Shown here: in pieces, positions 53,610 through 62,831 of the stretch
Position numbering within the stretch: the first letter of the stretch is position 1
Layout of the letters: every line of letters begins with the position of its first letter
IMG/VR virus record: IMGVR_UViG_2924943408_000006
Coordinates: 5,480 to 69,479 of that record
From: a virus
Lineage: Duplodnaviria; Caudoviricetes
Strand: one strand, 5' to 3'
Length of the DNA: 64,000 bases
Position numbers and translations under genes: made by a program
Notes under the pieces: generated by a model
The model's input: only the letters and a program-made list of their open reading frames with translations
What the model was told of the DNA's origin: nothing
The model's database searches: none

Positions 53610-54440
53610 TCACCTCGCCCAATCAGGGATTTCTGTCTGGCCATAGTCTTTGCCAGCAAAATTTTCTGGCAGTGATCGAGAAGAGTTTCTCGCAACAGGT
53701 TGTGTTCTCCTTCCGAACTTCGCCGCATTTCTCAGCCAGGTGTTAAGCGCAAGGTTCCAGTCCTTGAACGTTGAACCTTTCGATTGGTGGTGATCTGAGA
53801 AAGCCGATACTTCGCTTTGCAGGTCGACGCCAAGCTCAGTTGCTAATTTCAGATTTCCTTCAGTGGTCGTGAAGTCCTTAGGGAATTGAGTGGCTCGTTT
53901 TTGTGTCTTTTCAGGCTTTGGAGGAATTACAGCCTGGGGGACTATAGGGGGATTATTTATATTGTCTTTATTTGTCTTTAAAGAATGTCTTTTGTGTGTC
54001 TCTAACTTCGAGACTTCACTTGTCTCTAACTTGGAGACATTTCGTGTCTCTGATTTGGAGACAAAATTGCTAACTTGGAGACACTTGCTGAAACGCCATG
54101 CAGAAACCTCCTTGTTCACGCCAATTTTGCTTCCATCCAGAAACAGACAGTTCATTGAAAGCAGCTCTTTTTTTGCCTTGTTTACGTTCTGCCTGGACAG
54201 GCAGGTAATTTGAGCGATTTGCTCATCGGCAATGCGATCTGATTTCTTATTGAAGCCGTATGTTTTCCTGATATACGCCAGCATCAACTTTAGCTGGCGA
54301 GCAGTTAAATCAGCACTTGCAATGGATTCCAGCAGCTCGTTAGCGATACGGGTGTATCCGTCATCGAGTTCTGCCACGCGAGACTCCTGATCCCCCGAGT
54401 CAGCCCCAGGGAAGTTGTATACTCTGGCGATATTTGCCAT
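53610..54440 (-). CDS. O: Replication initiator (lambda O-type N-terminus)
   Basis: VAELDDGYTRIANELLE...KTYGFNKKSDRI; internal iterons. Confidence 0.9.
   Translation of the reverse strand: MANIARVYNFPGADSGDQESRVAELDDGYTRIANELLESIASADLTARQLKLMLAYIRKTYGFNKKSDRIADEQIAQITCLSRQNVNKAKKELLSMNCLFLDGSKIGVNKEVSAWRFSKCLQVSNFVSKSETRNVSKLETSEVSKLETHKRHSLKTNKDNINNPPIVPQAVIPPKPEKTQKRATQFPKDFTTTEGNLKLATELGVDLQSEVSAFSDHHQSKGSTFKDWNLALNTWLRNAAKFGRRTQPVARNSSRSLPENFAGKDYGQTEIPDWAR
53997..54083. repeat. Replication origin: four 19-bp iterons beside AT-rich tract
   Basis: TGTCTCTAACTTCGAGACT 53997, TGTCTCTAACTTGGAGACA 54021, TGTCTCTGATTTGGAGACA 54045, partial copy 54065; AT-rich 53951-53996. Confidence 0.85.
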
Positions 54441-54478
54441 AATTACTCCTGCAACTTTGTTGACATAACACAGTGCTT

Positions 54479-54763
54479 TTAGGCGTCCAGACTGTTACCG
54501 CAGCTGGGCGTCTTTTCATTTTTGAGGATTGAAGCAACCTCTTTCGCTAACCTGGCCATGTCGTCATCGACAACGCCCCACTCCAGAACAGCAAGAAGCA
54601 TCGACAGCTTCGGCAGCATGCTTTCCTTCCAGCGGGTAATGCCTGACTTATCCATACCCAGCGCTTTGGCTACGTTAGTGGAGCCACGCATGGCAATCTG
54701 ATTCAGGATCCAAGACTCGATTTTTCGAGCCTGAGTTTTGTTTCGGGTAGTTGTGTTATCCAT
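54479..54763 (-). CDS. cII: CII transcription activator
   Basis: ARKIESWILNQIAMRG...GMDKSGITRWK...LLAVLEWGVVDDDMARLA. Confidence 0.93.
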   Translation of the reverse strand: MDNTTTRNKTQARKIESWILNQIAMRGSTNVAKALGMDKSGITRWKESMLPKLSMLLAVLEWGVVDDDMARLAKEVASILKNEKTPSCGNSLDA

Positions 54764-54841
54764 CTGTGATAATTCCTTTGGTGTGAAATAGTTAAAAGGC
54801 CATGCGCAGACACGCAGAGCCATGTTTGTTGTTTTTTTGAA

Positions 54842-54890
54842 GTTAGCTTTTCAGCTACGTAGGCCGGACGGCCATTGTGAAAGGAGCGGT
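54842..54890 (-). promoter_or_regulatory. Putative nutR (boxA/boxB)
   Basis: CGCTCCTTTC boxA-like and AGCTGAAAAGCT hairpin after cro. Confidence 0.5.
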
Positions 54891-54895
54891 ATTTC

Positions 54896-55111
54896 TTAAG
54901 CGGCGTGGTGTTCTGGTGGGAACACATCATCTAACTGTACGTTAGCGCCGAAGGCATTCAGAGCCTCTACCAGCTTGCGGCAGGTTTTTAAATCAGGCTG
55001 TCTACGTCCTGATTCGTAATGACCAATCGCACCCTGAGTGCAGCCGACCTTTTCTGCTAAAGCTGTTTGGGACACCTTAGCGGCTTCCCTATTCATCCGA
55101 AGATTGCTCAT
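54896..55111 (-). CDS. cro: Cro-like HTH regulator
   Basis: SQTALAEKVGCTQGAIGHYESGRRQP; divergent from cI. Confidence 0.9.
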   Translation of the reverse strand: MSNLRMNREAAKVSQTALAEKVGCTQGAIGHYESGRRQPDLKTCRKLVEALNAFGANVQLDDVFPPEHHAA

Positions 55112-55141
55112 CGGTTATCTCCTGGGTGAGTACGTGAATCA

Positions 55142-55221
55142 ATAATACAAACCGTACTGAATAAATGCAAGAGGATTAATACATTTTGTGTGTTGTCACT
55201 GTTAATACAACTCGTAATAAT
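55142..55221. promoter_or_regulatory. OR region with PR and leaderless PRM
   Basis: PR TTGCAT-17-TATTAT (minus); PRM TTGTCA-17-AATAAT 6 nt before cI ATG; three AATACA-starting operator-like sites. Confidence 0.7.
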
Positions 55222-55227
55222 CGGGTG

Positions 55228-55890
55228 ATGAAGACACCGTGGAATGAACTGGCGAAAGCCAGGATGAAACAATTAGGCATCACCCAGGATAAGCTGGCGG
55301 AATCGCTTGGCAAAACTCAGGGTGCGATTGGTCATTGGCTTAATGGGCGTCGAGAGCCGAGCATTGATGATATAGCTTCGATAATGAAGCAGTTGGGCCT
55401 CAAAGAATTAATCCTCACGTCGGATGGTATGGTTGATTACCCTGACGGGGAGATGGGAAACGTTTCTAATCCACGCTCAAATGCCGAAGCTAAAAGCTTC
55501 CCTCTTATTAGCTGGGTAAGCGCCGGTAACTGGTGCGAAGCAATAGAGCCATATCGCATTGAGGAAATAGAGGTTTGGCCAGAGACCACCGCAAATGCCA
55601 GCGACAGATCGTTCTGGTTAACTGTGCGCGGAGACTCAATGACCTCGCCAACAGGCCTTAGTATCCCAGAGGGAATGCAGATTCTTGTCGACCCAAATGT
55701 AGAGGCGACAAATGGCCGACTGGTGATCGCAAAGCTCGACACTGAGAACGAGGCAACTTTTAAAAAGTACGTCGTTGACGCCGGTCAGCGCTACCTGAAG
55801 CCACTAAATCCCAGCTACCACATGATTCCAGTTAATGGTAACTGCCGCATAATAGGCGTAGTCATAGAAGCTAAATGGCAAGGCCTGTAA
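55228..55890 (+). CDS. cI: CI repressor (HTH plus S24 autopeptidase)
   Basis: TQDKLAESLGKTQGAIGHWLNGRREP; VSAG cleavage site, VRGDSM, EATFKK. Confidence 0.95.
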   Translation: MKTPWNELAKARMKQLGITQDKLAESLGKTQGAIGHWLNGRREPSIDDIASIMKQLGLKELILTSDGMVDYPDGEMGNVSNPRSNAEAKSFPLISWVSAGNWCEAIEPYRIEEIEVWPETTANASDRSFWLTVRGDSMTSPTGLSIPEGMQILVDPNVEATNGRLVIAKLDTENEATFKKYVVDAGQRYLKPLNPSYHMIPVNGNCRIIGVVIEAKWQGL

Positions 55891-55909
55891 CAAATCCCCA
55901 ATCCCACTA

Positions 55910-55935
55910 ACCCGCTCCGGCGGGTTTTTTATTGC
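55910..55935 (+). terminator. Intrinsic terminator after cI
   Basis: ACCCGC-TCCG-GCGGGT plus T6; identical copy at 57624. Confidence 0.85.
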
Positions 55936-55991
55936 CAATAAAAATATTTCACTTTAAAAATCATACGCTTCGCATTTTTACACCAATTTTA

Positions 55992-56033
55992 AGTACATTT
56001 TGTATTGACGTTATTTAGTACATTTTGTATTGT
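55992..56033 (+). promoter_or_regulatory. OL/PL
   Basis: Two AGTACATTTTGTATT operators overlapping TTGACG-17-TATTGT. Confidence 0.8.
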
Positions 56034-56072
56034 TATCCCATCAACAGGACGCACTACTCACCAGGACGGTGA

Positions 56073-56216
56073 TGCTCTTTACACAACGTCGAACATTCGA
56101 CTACGAGGCTGCAAAGCCTGACAACCAAGCAATGTGCTTTGGGGTGATGTGAACTGCAGCTGCGAGACAGCAATCACGGAGATAAGCATCGTGACACGTC
56201 ACCACCAAAGCGCATT
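56073..56216 (+). promoter_or_regulatory. nutL and long N-leader stem (RNase III-type site)
   Basis: GCTCTTTA boxA, GGCTGCAAAGCC boxB-like hairpin, TGTGCTTTGGGGTGATGTG pairing with CACGTCACCACCAAAGCGCA. Confidence 0.65.
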
Positions 56217-56232
56217 TCGAAAAGGAAAAATT

Positions 56233-56373
56233 ATGAACGCCATGAAAGCCGCATTATTCATTGAAGCCAACTGCAAGACGGCACAAGAGAAACGCATGAT
56301 GTTGGACAGCCTCCTTGAGATGGGTCAGATAAAAGAATCTGTCTACCGGATCCTCAATAAAAACATCAAATGA
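56233..56373 (+). CDS. Small hypothetical protein (46 aa)
   Basis: AGGA RBS, first ORF of PL operon. Confidence 0.5.
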   Translation: MNAMKAALFIEANCKTAQEKRMMLDSLLEMGQIKESVYRILNKNIK

Positions 56374-56423
56374 ACAAGGCGCCTCAATACGGGGCGCATT
56401 ACTTCCAGATTTTTGAGGTTCCC

Positions 56424-56696
56424 ATGACACGTAGAACATCATTCAACGGTTCAGCATCAGGACGTCGCAGAGAGCGTCGTGCAGCGTTACAGAACGAAGT
56501 GACGGCAAGCTCTGAAGCATTGCACCGCCCTACCGAATCACGCGTTCAGTTGCAGTGTAAACGCAAGCCGTCGATGCGATCAGAGGTTGTGACCATTACC
56601 ACGATGGTTAGCCAGTATTCAGGATCAATTTGCTTGCCTGATGTGGCGCTGTACTCAGCTGGCCATCGCAGCAGCAAATCGGTTACGGCGCGTTAA
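56424..56696 (+). CDS. N: N-like early antiterminator
   Basis: Arg-rich motif SASGRRRERRA, C-terminal ICLPDVALYSAGHR; GAGG RBS. Confidence 0.8.
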   Translation: MTRRTSFNGSASGRRRERRAALQNEVTASSEALHRPTESRVQLQCKRKPSMRSEVVTITTMVSQYSGSICLPDVALYSAGHRSSKSVTAR

Positions 56697-56716
56697 TTAA
56701 CTTATGAGGGTAGAAA

Positions 56717-57295
56717 ATGAAACTTAACATCACAGTAGATTTGGAATGGCTTGGCGAAGATGGCGACATGGATGAGGAAGTTAAGCACCAGATTATATCA
56801 GGTGTAAAAGCGGCTATATCTCGAGACTGTCTGGCAAAAGTTGAGAAAGAAGCCTCGCAGCAGATTAATGCTGCCATCAACGAGTCAATCGTCGCGGCCA
56901 GAAAAGCAATCGAACAAAAGGCTGTTCAGTTCGCTGATGACTGGTTGGAAAAAGAAGTGACCATCACTGATAAGTGGGGTGACACGCAAGACTGTCTGAC
57001 CATTACCGACCTTATCAAGCGCACATTCGATGGCTTGCTTGAGAAGAAGGTGGACGATAACGGAAACTTTGCTGACAGCTACAGCGGTAAAACGCGGCTG
57101 ATTACCTGGCTTACTGGGAAGCGTGTTCAGGATGTCGTTCAGGAGAAACTCAAGGGTATCAACAAGGACATTGACCTCCAGATTGCAGAGTATGTTAACG
57201 AAGGTATCCGCAAGAATGTTGCCAACAAGTTTGCTGAGATGGTCGTACAGACGGCGCAGCACAACCACCAAGCAGCAATAGAGAATAAATTATAG
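56717..57295 (+). CDS. Hypothetical protein
   Basis: 192 aa, GAGG RBS, followed by hairpin/T-run. Confidence 0.75.
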   Translation: MKLNITVDLEWLGEDGDMDEEVKHQIISGVKAAISRDCLAKVEKEASQQINAAINESIVAARKAIEQKAVQFADDWLEKEVTITDKWGDTQDCLTITDLIKRTFDGLLEKKVDDNGNFADSYSGKTRLITWLTGKRVQDVVQEKLKGINKDIDLQIAEYVNEGIRKNVANKFAEMVVQTAQHNHQAAIENKL

Positions 57296-57347
57296 GTCGC
57301 TTAGGCTGCCTTTTTATTAGCTCACGATACAAACAGAGGGTAAGGCG

Positions 57348-57623
57348 ATGGCATATCAGCCAGTAAGAAAATTCAAGGAAGGTGATGAGGTAATTTGGTC
57401 AAGTCAGGCAAATGGAGGGTGGAAGGTGAAGGTTGGTGATGTGGTCGAAGTGATACCAGCAGGGAAAAGTATTTTACAGTCAAGGTTCCGTCATGAACTT
57501 GATGCAGCAACAACACCAAGAAAGGAAGAAAGCTACATCGTATGTGTTGGGCCGAAACCCGGCTCGCGAGCTAAGCCTAAGTATTACTGGCCAAGAACAT
57601 CAGCTCTTTCATTAAACAAATAG
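57348..57623 (+). CDS. Hypothetical SH3-like protein
   Basis: FKEGDEVIWSSQ...VVEVIP...YYWPR. Confidence 0.65.
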   Translation: MAYQPVRKFKEGDEVIWSSQANGGWKVKVGDVVEVIPAGKSILQSRFRHELDAATTPRKEESYIVCVGPKPGSRAKPKYYWPRTSALSLNK

Positions 57624-57649
57624 ACCCGCTCCGGCGGGTTTTTTATTGC
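57624..57649 (+). terminator. Intrinsic terminator (copy of 55910-55935)
   Basis: 26-bp identity. Confidence 0.85.
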
Positions 57650-57785
57650 TGATACCACAGCGCCTTCACGAGGGTGCTCTGTTATCACGGCGGCTATCCA
57701 CCGCTTACCAACATTCTGCAACTACGGTTTTTTTTGCATGCAGAGGTCTTTACGTTCAGCGGCGCGGCTTAAGCGCGGAGATATT

Positions 57786-58040
57786 ATGAGCAATCCAATC
57801 ATGGTGAATCGCAGCGGACTTACCAACCGCATATACGCTGGAAGAGCAAAGCCAGCAAAGAACTTTGCTTTTGGCGCAATGAAATTTATTGGCGAGAAGT
57901 TTGATGTTACTGACCAGGTTCTTCATGCCACAGCTCATTACCTCGCGAAGACCGACGACATAAAAGTATTTTCACTTCCCGATGGTCGTGAAATTCACCT
58001 CCGCGCTGACATCAAAGAAAAGCAGGAGGCTAAGTCATGA
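57786..58040 (+). CDS. Hypothetical protein
   Basis: GGAG RBS, SGLTNRIYAG...KFDVTD. Confidence 0.65.
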   Translation: MSNPIMVNRSGLTNRIYAGRAKPAKNFAFGAMKFIGEKFDVTDQVLHATAHYLAKTDDIKVFSLPDGREIHLRADIKEKQEAKS

Positions 58041-58195
58041 CAGTCACCCACAACGGCAAGCTGTACCACGCATCAAAACTCAACGACAACGAGTGGCAAC
58101 TCTCATCAGTCGATAAACCTCGCGAGAAAATCACAATGAACCGCTGGCAGATGGATTTATCCGGGTTATTGCAGCAGGTGGAGGGTAAATCATGA
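58037..58195 (+). CDS. Small hypothetical protein (52 aa, not in ORF track)
   Basis: MTVTHNGKLYHASKLNDNEWQLSSV...; GGAGG RBS, ATGA couplings at both ends. Confidence 0.65.
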   Translation: MTVTHNGKLYHASKLNDNEWQLSSVDKPREKITMNRWQMDLSGLLQQVEGKS

Positions 58196-58398
58196 GCCTA
58201 CATCATTACGGAACGCAGGAAGTTAACCGTGGCGCTGTTCAGCCAGGAATGCTGGTTAAGCACAAAGATGCGACATGGACAGCATCAGCACATAAGCGCG
58301 GGAAGTTGTACCTCCATCGCGGATGTGAGCGCACTTATACGAAAGAGTTGCTCGTTGAGGTTTATCTCAGTGGGCTTGGTGGTGGATTGAGTCATTGA
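58192..58398 (+). CDS. Small early protein
   Basis: 68 aa, coupled start. Confidence 0.65.
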   Translation: MSLHHYGTQEVNRGAVQPGMLVKHKDATWTASAHKRGKLYLHRGCERTYTKELLVEVYLSGLGGGLSH

Positions 58399-58407
58399 GG
58401 GGTAGTT

Positions 58408-58611
58408 ATGCAAGAATTTGAATATTTCGTTATGGATGGTCGTGCAAAATTCGATTTCGACAGCGCTGTAGTGTTTGAGGCTTTGGGTAGACAGTTGCCA
58501 TCAAATAAGCAATTACGCAGAGATTGGGGTGATATGGATGCTGTATTAGTCCGCGCCCCAGTAGTTAGCGATTCTTCTTGCGGTGATTTCGAGTTAATCC
58601 GCGAAATTTAA
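58408..58611 (+). CDS. Hypothetical protein
   Basis: 67 aa, GAGG RBS. Confidence 0.6.
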   Translation: MQEFEYFVMDGRAKFDFDSAVVFEALGRQLPSNKQLRRDWGDMDAVLVRAPVVSDSSCGDFELIREI

Positions 58612-58694
58612 TACCGCTTCAAATACATCCCCCATTCCCCTACTCGTCCGGCTATCGCAGACGGGAAGCGCACAACCAAATTTCAGGAGAGACC

Positions 58695-59666
58695 ATGAGT
58701 GAAGTAACTGATTTAGTCGTTATCGAAAAATCGAGCGCAATGGCTGTATTCACCAATAACGAGCAGCTCGATCCCATCATTGAAAAAATTGAGAGAGAAG
58801 CTCGTAGCCTGGTGCCGGATGTATCCACCAAGAAAGGTCGTGATGCTATCGCATCCATGGCGCACAAGGTTGCGCGTTCCAAAACGTACATCGACAACGC
58901 CGGTAAAGACCTTGTAGCAGAGCTGAAAGCATTGCCAAAACAGATTGATGAGAGCCGCCGCATTGTTCGTGAACGTCTGGACGCGCTGAAAGATGAAGTG
59001 CGCCGACCGCTAACCGAGTGGGAAGCCGAGCAGGAACGAATTAAGGCAGAGGAAGCCGCCAGGATTAAAGCAGAGGAAGACCGTAAGCGGTTTGAGTCCG
59101 ACCACGAAATTGCCCTGCTCATGAACGAAAAACATGACCGTGAAGCCAAAGAGAAAGCTGAAGAAGCCGAACGCCAGCGACTGGCCCATGAAGAAGAATT
59201 AAAGCGCCAGGCAGCAGAACAGGCTAAGCGCGAAGCCGAAGAGAAAGCAGCAGCTGAACTGGCGGCGGCAAAGAAACGCGAAGAGGATGCGATTGCAGCA
59301 AGATCACGGGCTGAATTACTGGCTAAGCAAGCACAAGAACGTGCCGAGCAGGAAGCTAAAGACGCCGCGGCGAAAGCTGAAGAAGAGAAGAAAGCAGCCA
59401 TTGAAGCGGAACAGCGCAAAGCTCAGGAAGAAGCAGATCGCATTAAGCGTGAGGCTGAAGCGAAAGAAGCTGCGCGACTAGCTGAGGAGAAACGCATCGC
59501 TGACGAAAAGGCAAAGCGTGAAGCTGACGTGAAGCACCGCAAGGTCGTTGGTACTGAAATCGTTAACGCACTCACCGCTAATACCAGCATCTCACGAGAC
59601 CAGGCGATCGAAGTCCTGAAAGCGCTGATGGATGGTCTGGTGCCGAGAACACAAATTAACTACTGA
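58695..59666 (+). CDS. Long charged coiled-coil early protein (often mislabelled TolA-like)
   Basis: DVSTKKGRDAIASMAHKVARSKT...VRRPLTEWE then EAK/R-rich helix. Confidence 0.8.
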   Translation: MSEVTDLVVIEKSSAMAVFTNNEQLDPIIEKIEREARSLVPDVSTKKGRDAIASMAHKVARSKTYIDNAGKDLVAELKALPKQIDESRRIVRERLDALKDEVRRPLTEWEAEQERIKAEEAARIKAEEDRKRFESDHEIALLMNEKHDREAKEKAEEAERQRLAHEEELKRQAAEQAKREAEEKAAAELAAAKKREEDAIAARSRAELLAKQAQERAEQEAKDAAAKAEEEKKAAIEAEQRKAQEEADRIKREAEAKEAARLAEEKRIADEKAKREADVKHRKVVGTEIVNALTANTSISRDQAIEVLKALMDGLVPRTQINY

Positions 59667-59674
59667 GGTGAAAG

Positions 59675-59863
59675 ATGATTCCTGTCGATTTAGCAAGAAC
59701 ACCAGAACTCAGCCGCATTAAGCGCCAGTACCACGTTACTGAGGCGCTTTACTGGCGCAAGTCAGGCAACAAGTCGATGAAAAGCTTCTGCCTGTCTATG
59801 GCTAAGCGTGAGCGCATGAATAAATGCGAGTTCCTGGCTAACCATTCCGAACTTCCATTCTGA
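59675..59863 (+). CDS. Hypothetical protein
   Basis: 62 aa ending ELPF, GAGG RBS. Confidence 0.6.
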   Translation: MIPVDLARTPELSRIKRQYHVTEALYWRKSGNKSMKSFCLSMAKRERMNKCEFLANHSELPF

Positions 59864-59870
59864 GGTAATT

Positions 59871-60479
59871 ATGAGCTCCACATTTTATGAGCGACTGGCA
59901 TCCATCCAGGAGCATTTGAATGCGCCAAAGAATCAGTACAACTCGTTCGGTAAATATAAATACCGCAGCTGCGAGGACATTCTCGAAGGAGTTAAGCCGC
60001 TACTGAAAGGGCTTTTCCTGTCGATTAGCGATGAAATCGTGTTGATTGGCGATCGGTATTACGTCAAGGCTACGGCGACCATCACGGATGGTGAAAATAA
60101 GCACACAGCAACCTCTATGGCGCGAGAAGAGGAAAGCAAGAAAGGCATGGATGCCGCTCAGGTTACTGGCGCTACAAGCTCTTACGCTCGCAAATATTGC
60201 CTTAACGGATTGTTCGGCATTGATGACTCCAAAGATGCTGATACTGATGAGCACAAACATCAGCAGAATTCCGCGCCAGCTAAACAATCAAAACCATCCC
60301 CTACTCCTGAGCAGATCCTGAAGGCATTCACTGATGCAGCAGCACAAAAAACATCAGTCGATGAACTTAAACAGGCGTTCGCTAAAGCATGGAAAATGCT
60401 CGAAGGTACTGATGAGCAACAGAAAGCTCAGGACGTTTACAACATTCGAAAAGATGAACTTGAAGGAGTTATCGCTTAA
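59871..60479 (+). CDS. erf: ERF-family single-strand annealing protein
   Basis: APKNQYNSFGKYKYRSCEDIL..VKP, Q.TGATSSYARKY.LNGLFGIDD..DAD. Confidence 0.9.
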   Translation: MSSTFYERLASIQEHLNAPKNQYNSFGKYKYRSCEDILEGVKPLLKGLFLSISDEIVLIGDRYYVKATATITDGENKHTATSMAREEESKKGMDAAQVTGATSSYARKYCLNGLFGIDDSKDADTDEHKHQQNSAPAKQSKPSPTPEQILKAFTDAAAQKTSVDELKQAFAKAWKMLEGTDEQQKAQDVYNIRKDELEGVIA

Positions 60480-60856
60480 TGGCGCATTCAATAACAGTAC
60501 GCTTAAACAAAGCAGCACGTGAGTTTCAGGCGGGTGAAAACATCGGATTTAATATCCGCGCAGGCGTTCAGTATTACGATCGCCAGAGCAAACAAAAAGA
60601 ATGGACTAACTACAGCGCAGCCGTTTTTGCAAAGCCTGGGGCGCAAGCTGATTACTACCGAAACGTTCTAGTTGAAGGTGGAATCGTTGAAATTACCGGA
60701 GAGAATATCAAGGTGGATGTTTACCAGGGGCAGAACGGTCAGTCTATAACTCTCGAACTGTTAAACGCTCGCATTGGATTCGCCACTTCAGGCAATAACC
60801 AGCAACCATCCAACAGTCAGCCATCTCAACAATTCGACGATTCGATCCAGTTCTGA
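60479..60856 (+). CDS. ssb: Single-stranded DNA-binding protein
   Basis: OB-fold-like, acidic tail FDDSIQF, follows erf. Confidence 0.8.
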   Translation: MAHSITVRLNKAAREFQAGENIGFNIRAGVQYYDRQSKQKEWTNYSAAVFAKPGAQADYYRNVLVEGGIVEITGENIKVDVYQGQNGQSITLELLNARIGFATSGNNQQPSNSQPSQQFDDSIQF

Positions 60857-60879
60857 TTTAACTCAACAAGGAATTATCC

Positions 60880-61164
60880 ATGTCAGCACCTCTCACCGGG
60901 GCGGGATATCTGCGCCCACCAAAGCGATCCGGCACCAAAGCTGAGGTGCTGGCTCGTTGCTTTGCAGCTATCGCTAATAACGATTACCAGAAGCCGACCA
61001 TGGAAGAAAGGCTTCTGGAAAGATACGAAAAGGAAGTCTGGTACGCCAACTTAGAGGCGTCATTCAGGCCGATTTGGATGGCAGTCGGACCGGTTCAACC
61101 AACCTACGTAGACGACCGTAGGCGTGAGCATCGTGGTCGTTATGGGGAGGTGAGTAGTGACTGA
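60880..61164 (+). CDS. Hypothetical protein
   Basis: 94 aa, AAGGA RBS. Confidence 0.65.
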   Translation: MSAPLTGAGYLRPPKRSGTKAEVLARCFAAIANNDYQKPTMEERLLERYEKEVWYANLEASFRPIWMAVGPVQPTYVDDRRREHRGRYGEVSSD

Positions 61165-61708
61165 TTATACCGGAAGCAACACGCCAGCGGATCAGCGTGA
61201 TTTGTGGCGCACACCACCGGCACTCTTCACCGCGCTGGATGCTGAATTCTGCTTTCAACTGGACGCGGCCGCCGCGCCGCACAATACACTGTGTCGAAAG
61301 TTCATCACAGCCGAGCAGAACACGCTGGAAACGCCGTGGTTCGAGCATATGCAGACCCCAGGCTACGCATGGTTGAACCCGCCATACAGCGACATCACAC
61401 CGTTCGTGAAGAAAGCCGCAGCGGAGAGCAAGAACCAGATCGGCACCGTCATGCTGGTTCCAGCTGATACATCGGTTGGCTGGTTCCGGGAAGCTATTCA
61501 GTCTGCCAGCGAAGTTCGATTCATCACCGCCGGGCGGCTGGCATTTATCAACCCGGTCACCGGTAAGCCCGTAAGCGGCAATAACAAGGGAAGTATGCTC
61601 ATCATCTGGCATCCGTACCCGCGTACACACTGCCACTTCGCAACTGTGGAACGGGACGAATTGATGTCTTTCGGAGCGAAACTTCTCGCTCGACGGGAGT
61701 CAGCATGA
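61157..61708 (+). CDS. Phage DNA N6-adenine methyltransferase (phage Dam family)
   Basis: DLWRTPP.LF..LDAEF.F.LDAAA, WLNPPYS, VMLVPADTS..WF, GRLAF. Confidence 0.9.
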   Translation: MTDYTGSNTPADQRDLWRTPPALFTALDAEFCFQLDAAAAPHNTLCRKFITAEQNTLETPWFEHMQTPGYAWLNPPYSDITPFVKKAAAESKNQIGTVMLVPADTSVGWFREAIQSASEVRFITAGRLAFINPVTGKPVSGNNKGSMLIIWHPYPRTHCHFATVERDELMSFGAKLLARRESA

Positions 61709-61920
61709 CACCAGAACAGGATAACGCTATCCGCACACAGGGACGTAAATGCGTGGCAGAGATTCAGCAGGCACTGAAATGCAGGCCTAAGCCGAAATGG
61801 AATGCAGTCGTTCCGCCGATCCTCAAGAAGCATCACCAGAAAATTGCGCCGCTTGGTATCAGCCTGGTGGCATTCGTTAGCAGCATCGGTCGGATGACGG
61901 GCCGGTACGGAGTGGAATAA
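61705..61920 (+). CDS. Hypothetical protein
   Basis: 71 aa, coupled start. Confidence 0.6.
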   Translation: MTPEQDNAIRTQGRKCVAEIQQALKCRPKPKWNAVVPPILKKHHQKIAPLGISLVAFVSSIGRMTGRYGVE

Positions 61921-62020
61921 TGACGCTAACCAAACGAATCACAAGGTCGCTATGTCGGCCTTTTTATTTTCTCGCGTTCACCTTCAACCGAATTAACCGA
62001 CAGTTCATGGAGCACTGACT

Positions 62021-62239
62021 ATGGCTGACATTATCGATAACGCATCACAGCTTGAAGATTTGCAGCGTGACGCGGCACTGAGCATGCACAGACTCAACCA
62101 CTCAGCAGTATCAGCAACGCACTGTGAGGAGTGCGACGAGGAGTTGCCTGAAGCGCGCAGGAAAGCGTATCCGGGATGCACGATGTGCGTTGCATGCCTT
62201 CAGATTGTCGAGTTACGGAATAAGCATAGGGGGATGTGA
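62021..62239 (+). CDS. TraR/DksA-type C4 zinc finger protein
   Basis: MADIIDNASQLE...CEECDEELPEARRKAYPGC.MCVAC. Confidence 0.88.
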   Translation: MADIIDNASQLEDLQRDAALSMHRLNHSAVSATHCEECDEELPEARRKAYPGCTMCVACLQIVELRNKHRGM

Positions 62240-62442
62240 TGGAACTAACGAAGGGTAAAGTTTACAACGTTGACCCGGATGAATGGATGCTCCACAGCCG
62301 GGCCGAATACCACTCAACCTTTAACAGGCAGTGCGACGGCATGCCTTTGCACAACATGATTATCCGTATGCGTGACGGTGATTTAGAAGTGTCCACATTC
62401 GCTACGGCCAACATCCTTTCCGAAGCAGAGGAGCCGGTGTGA
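62236..62442 (+). CDS. Hypothetical protein
   Basis: 68 aa, coupled overlaps. Confidence 0.55.
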   Translation: MMELTKGKVYNVDPDEWMLHSRAEYHSTFNRQCDGMPLHNMIIRMRDGDLEVSTFATANILSEAEEPV

Positions 62443-62831
62443 TGGATTACAGCAAACTAAGCGATCAGGAAATTAATAAGTTGGTGGCATTCGCTTTGGG
62501 ATGCAAAGAGGTCGTCCCTGATATTTTTATGGATGACGTCCGGCGGTATGAATTCGATAAGCCAAAGAATAAATCAGGCAACAAGTTTTACTTCGACCCA
62601 TGCAACAACCCGGCAGACGCATGGCCGATTATTTCAAAGCATCAGATTAGCATGTGCGCATACGAAAGAGCCAACTCAGGAATGAAGCGAGAATCCTGGT
62701 GGGAGGCGGACGTATTTGCAGACTTTATTACCAGAGATGACAACCCACTCCGCGCCGCAATGATTGCCTTCCTTAAAATGCAGGAGTCAGCCAATGTTCC
62801 AGCTAATTCAACGGGGTCAGATATACGCTGA
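62439..62831 (+). CDS. NinX/DUF2591-like protein
   Basis: DYSKLSD.EINKLVA...FDPCNNPADAWPII...NPLRAAMI.FL. Confidence 0.8.
   Translation: MMDYSKLSDQEINKLVAFALGCKEVVPDIFMDDVRRYEFDKPKNKSGNKFYFDPCNNPADAWPIISKHQISMCAYERANSGMKRESWWEADVFADFITRDDNPLRAAMIAFLKMQESANVPANSTGSDIR

Noticed and set aside
53997-54083. Palindromic repeats as CRISPR or novel element
   Set aside because: They lie inside the O gene next to an AT-rich tract, typical lambdoid iterons
58695-59666. Genuine TolA
   Set aside because: No N-terminal membrane anchor or TolA C-domain; similarity is compositional
61157-61708. Restriction-modification system
   Set aside because: No adjacent endonuclease; orphan methylase common in lambdoid early regions
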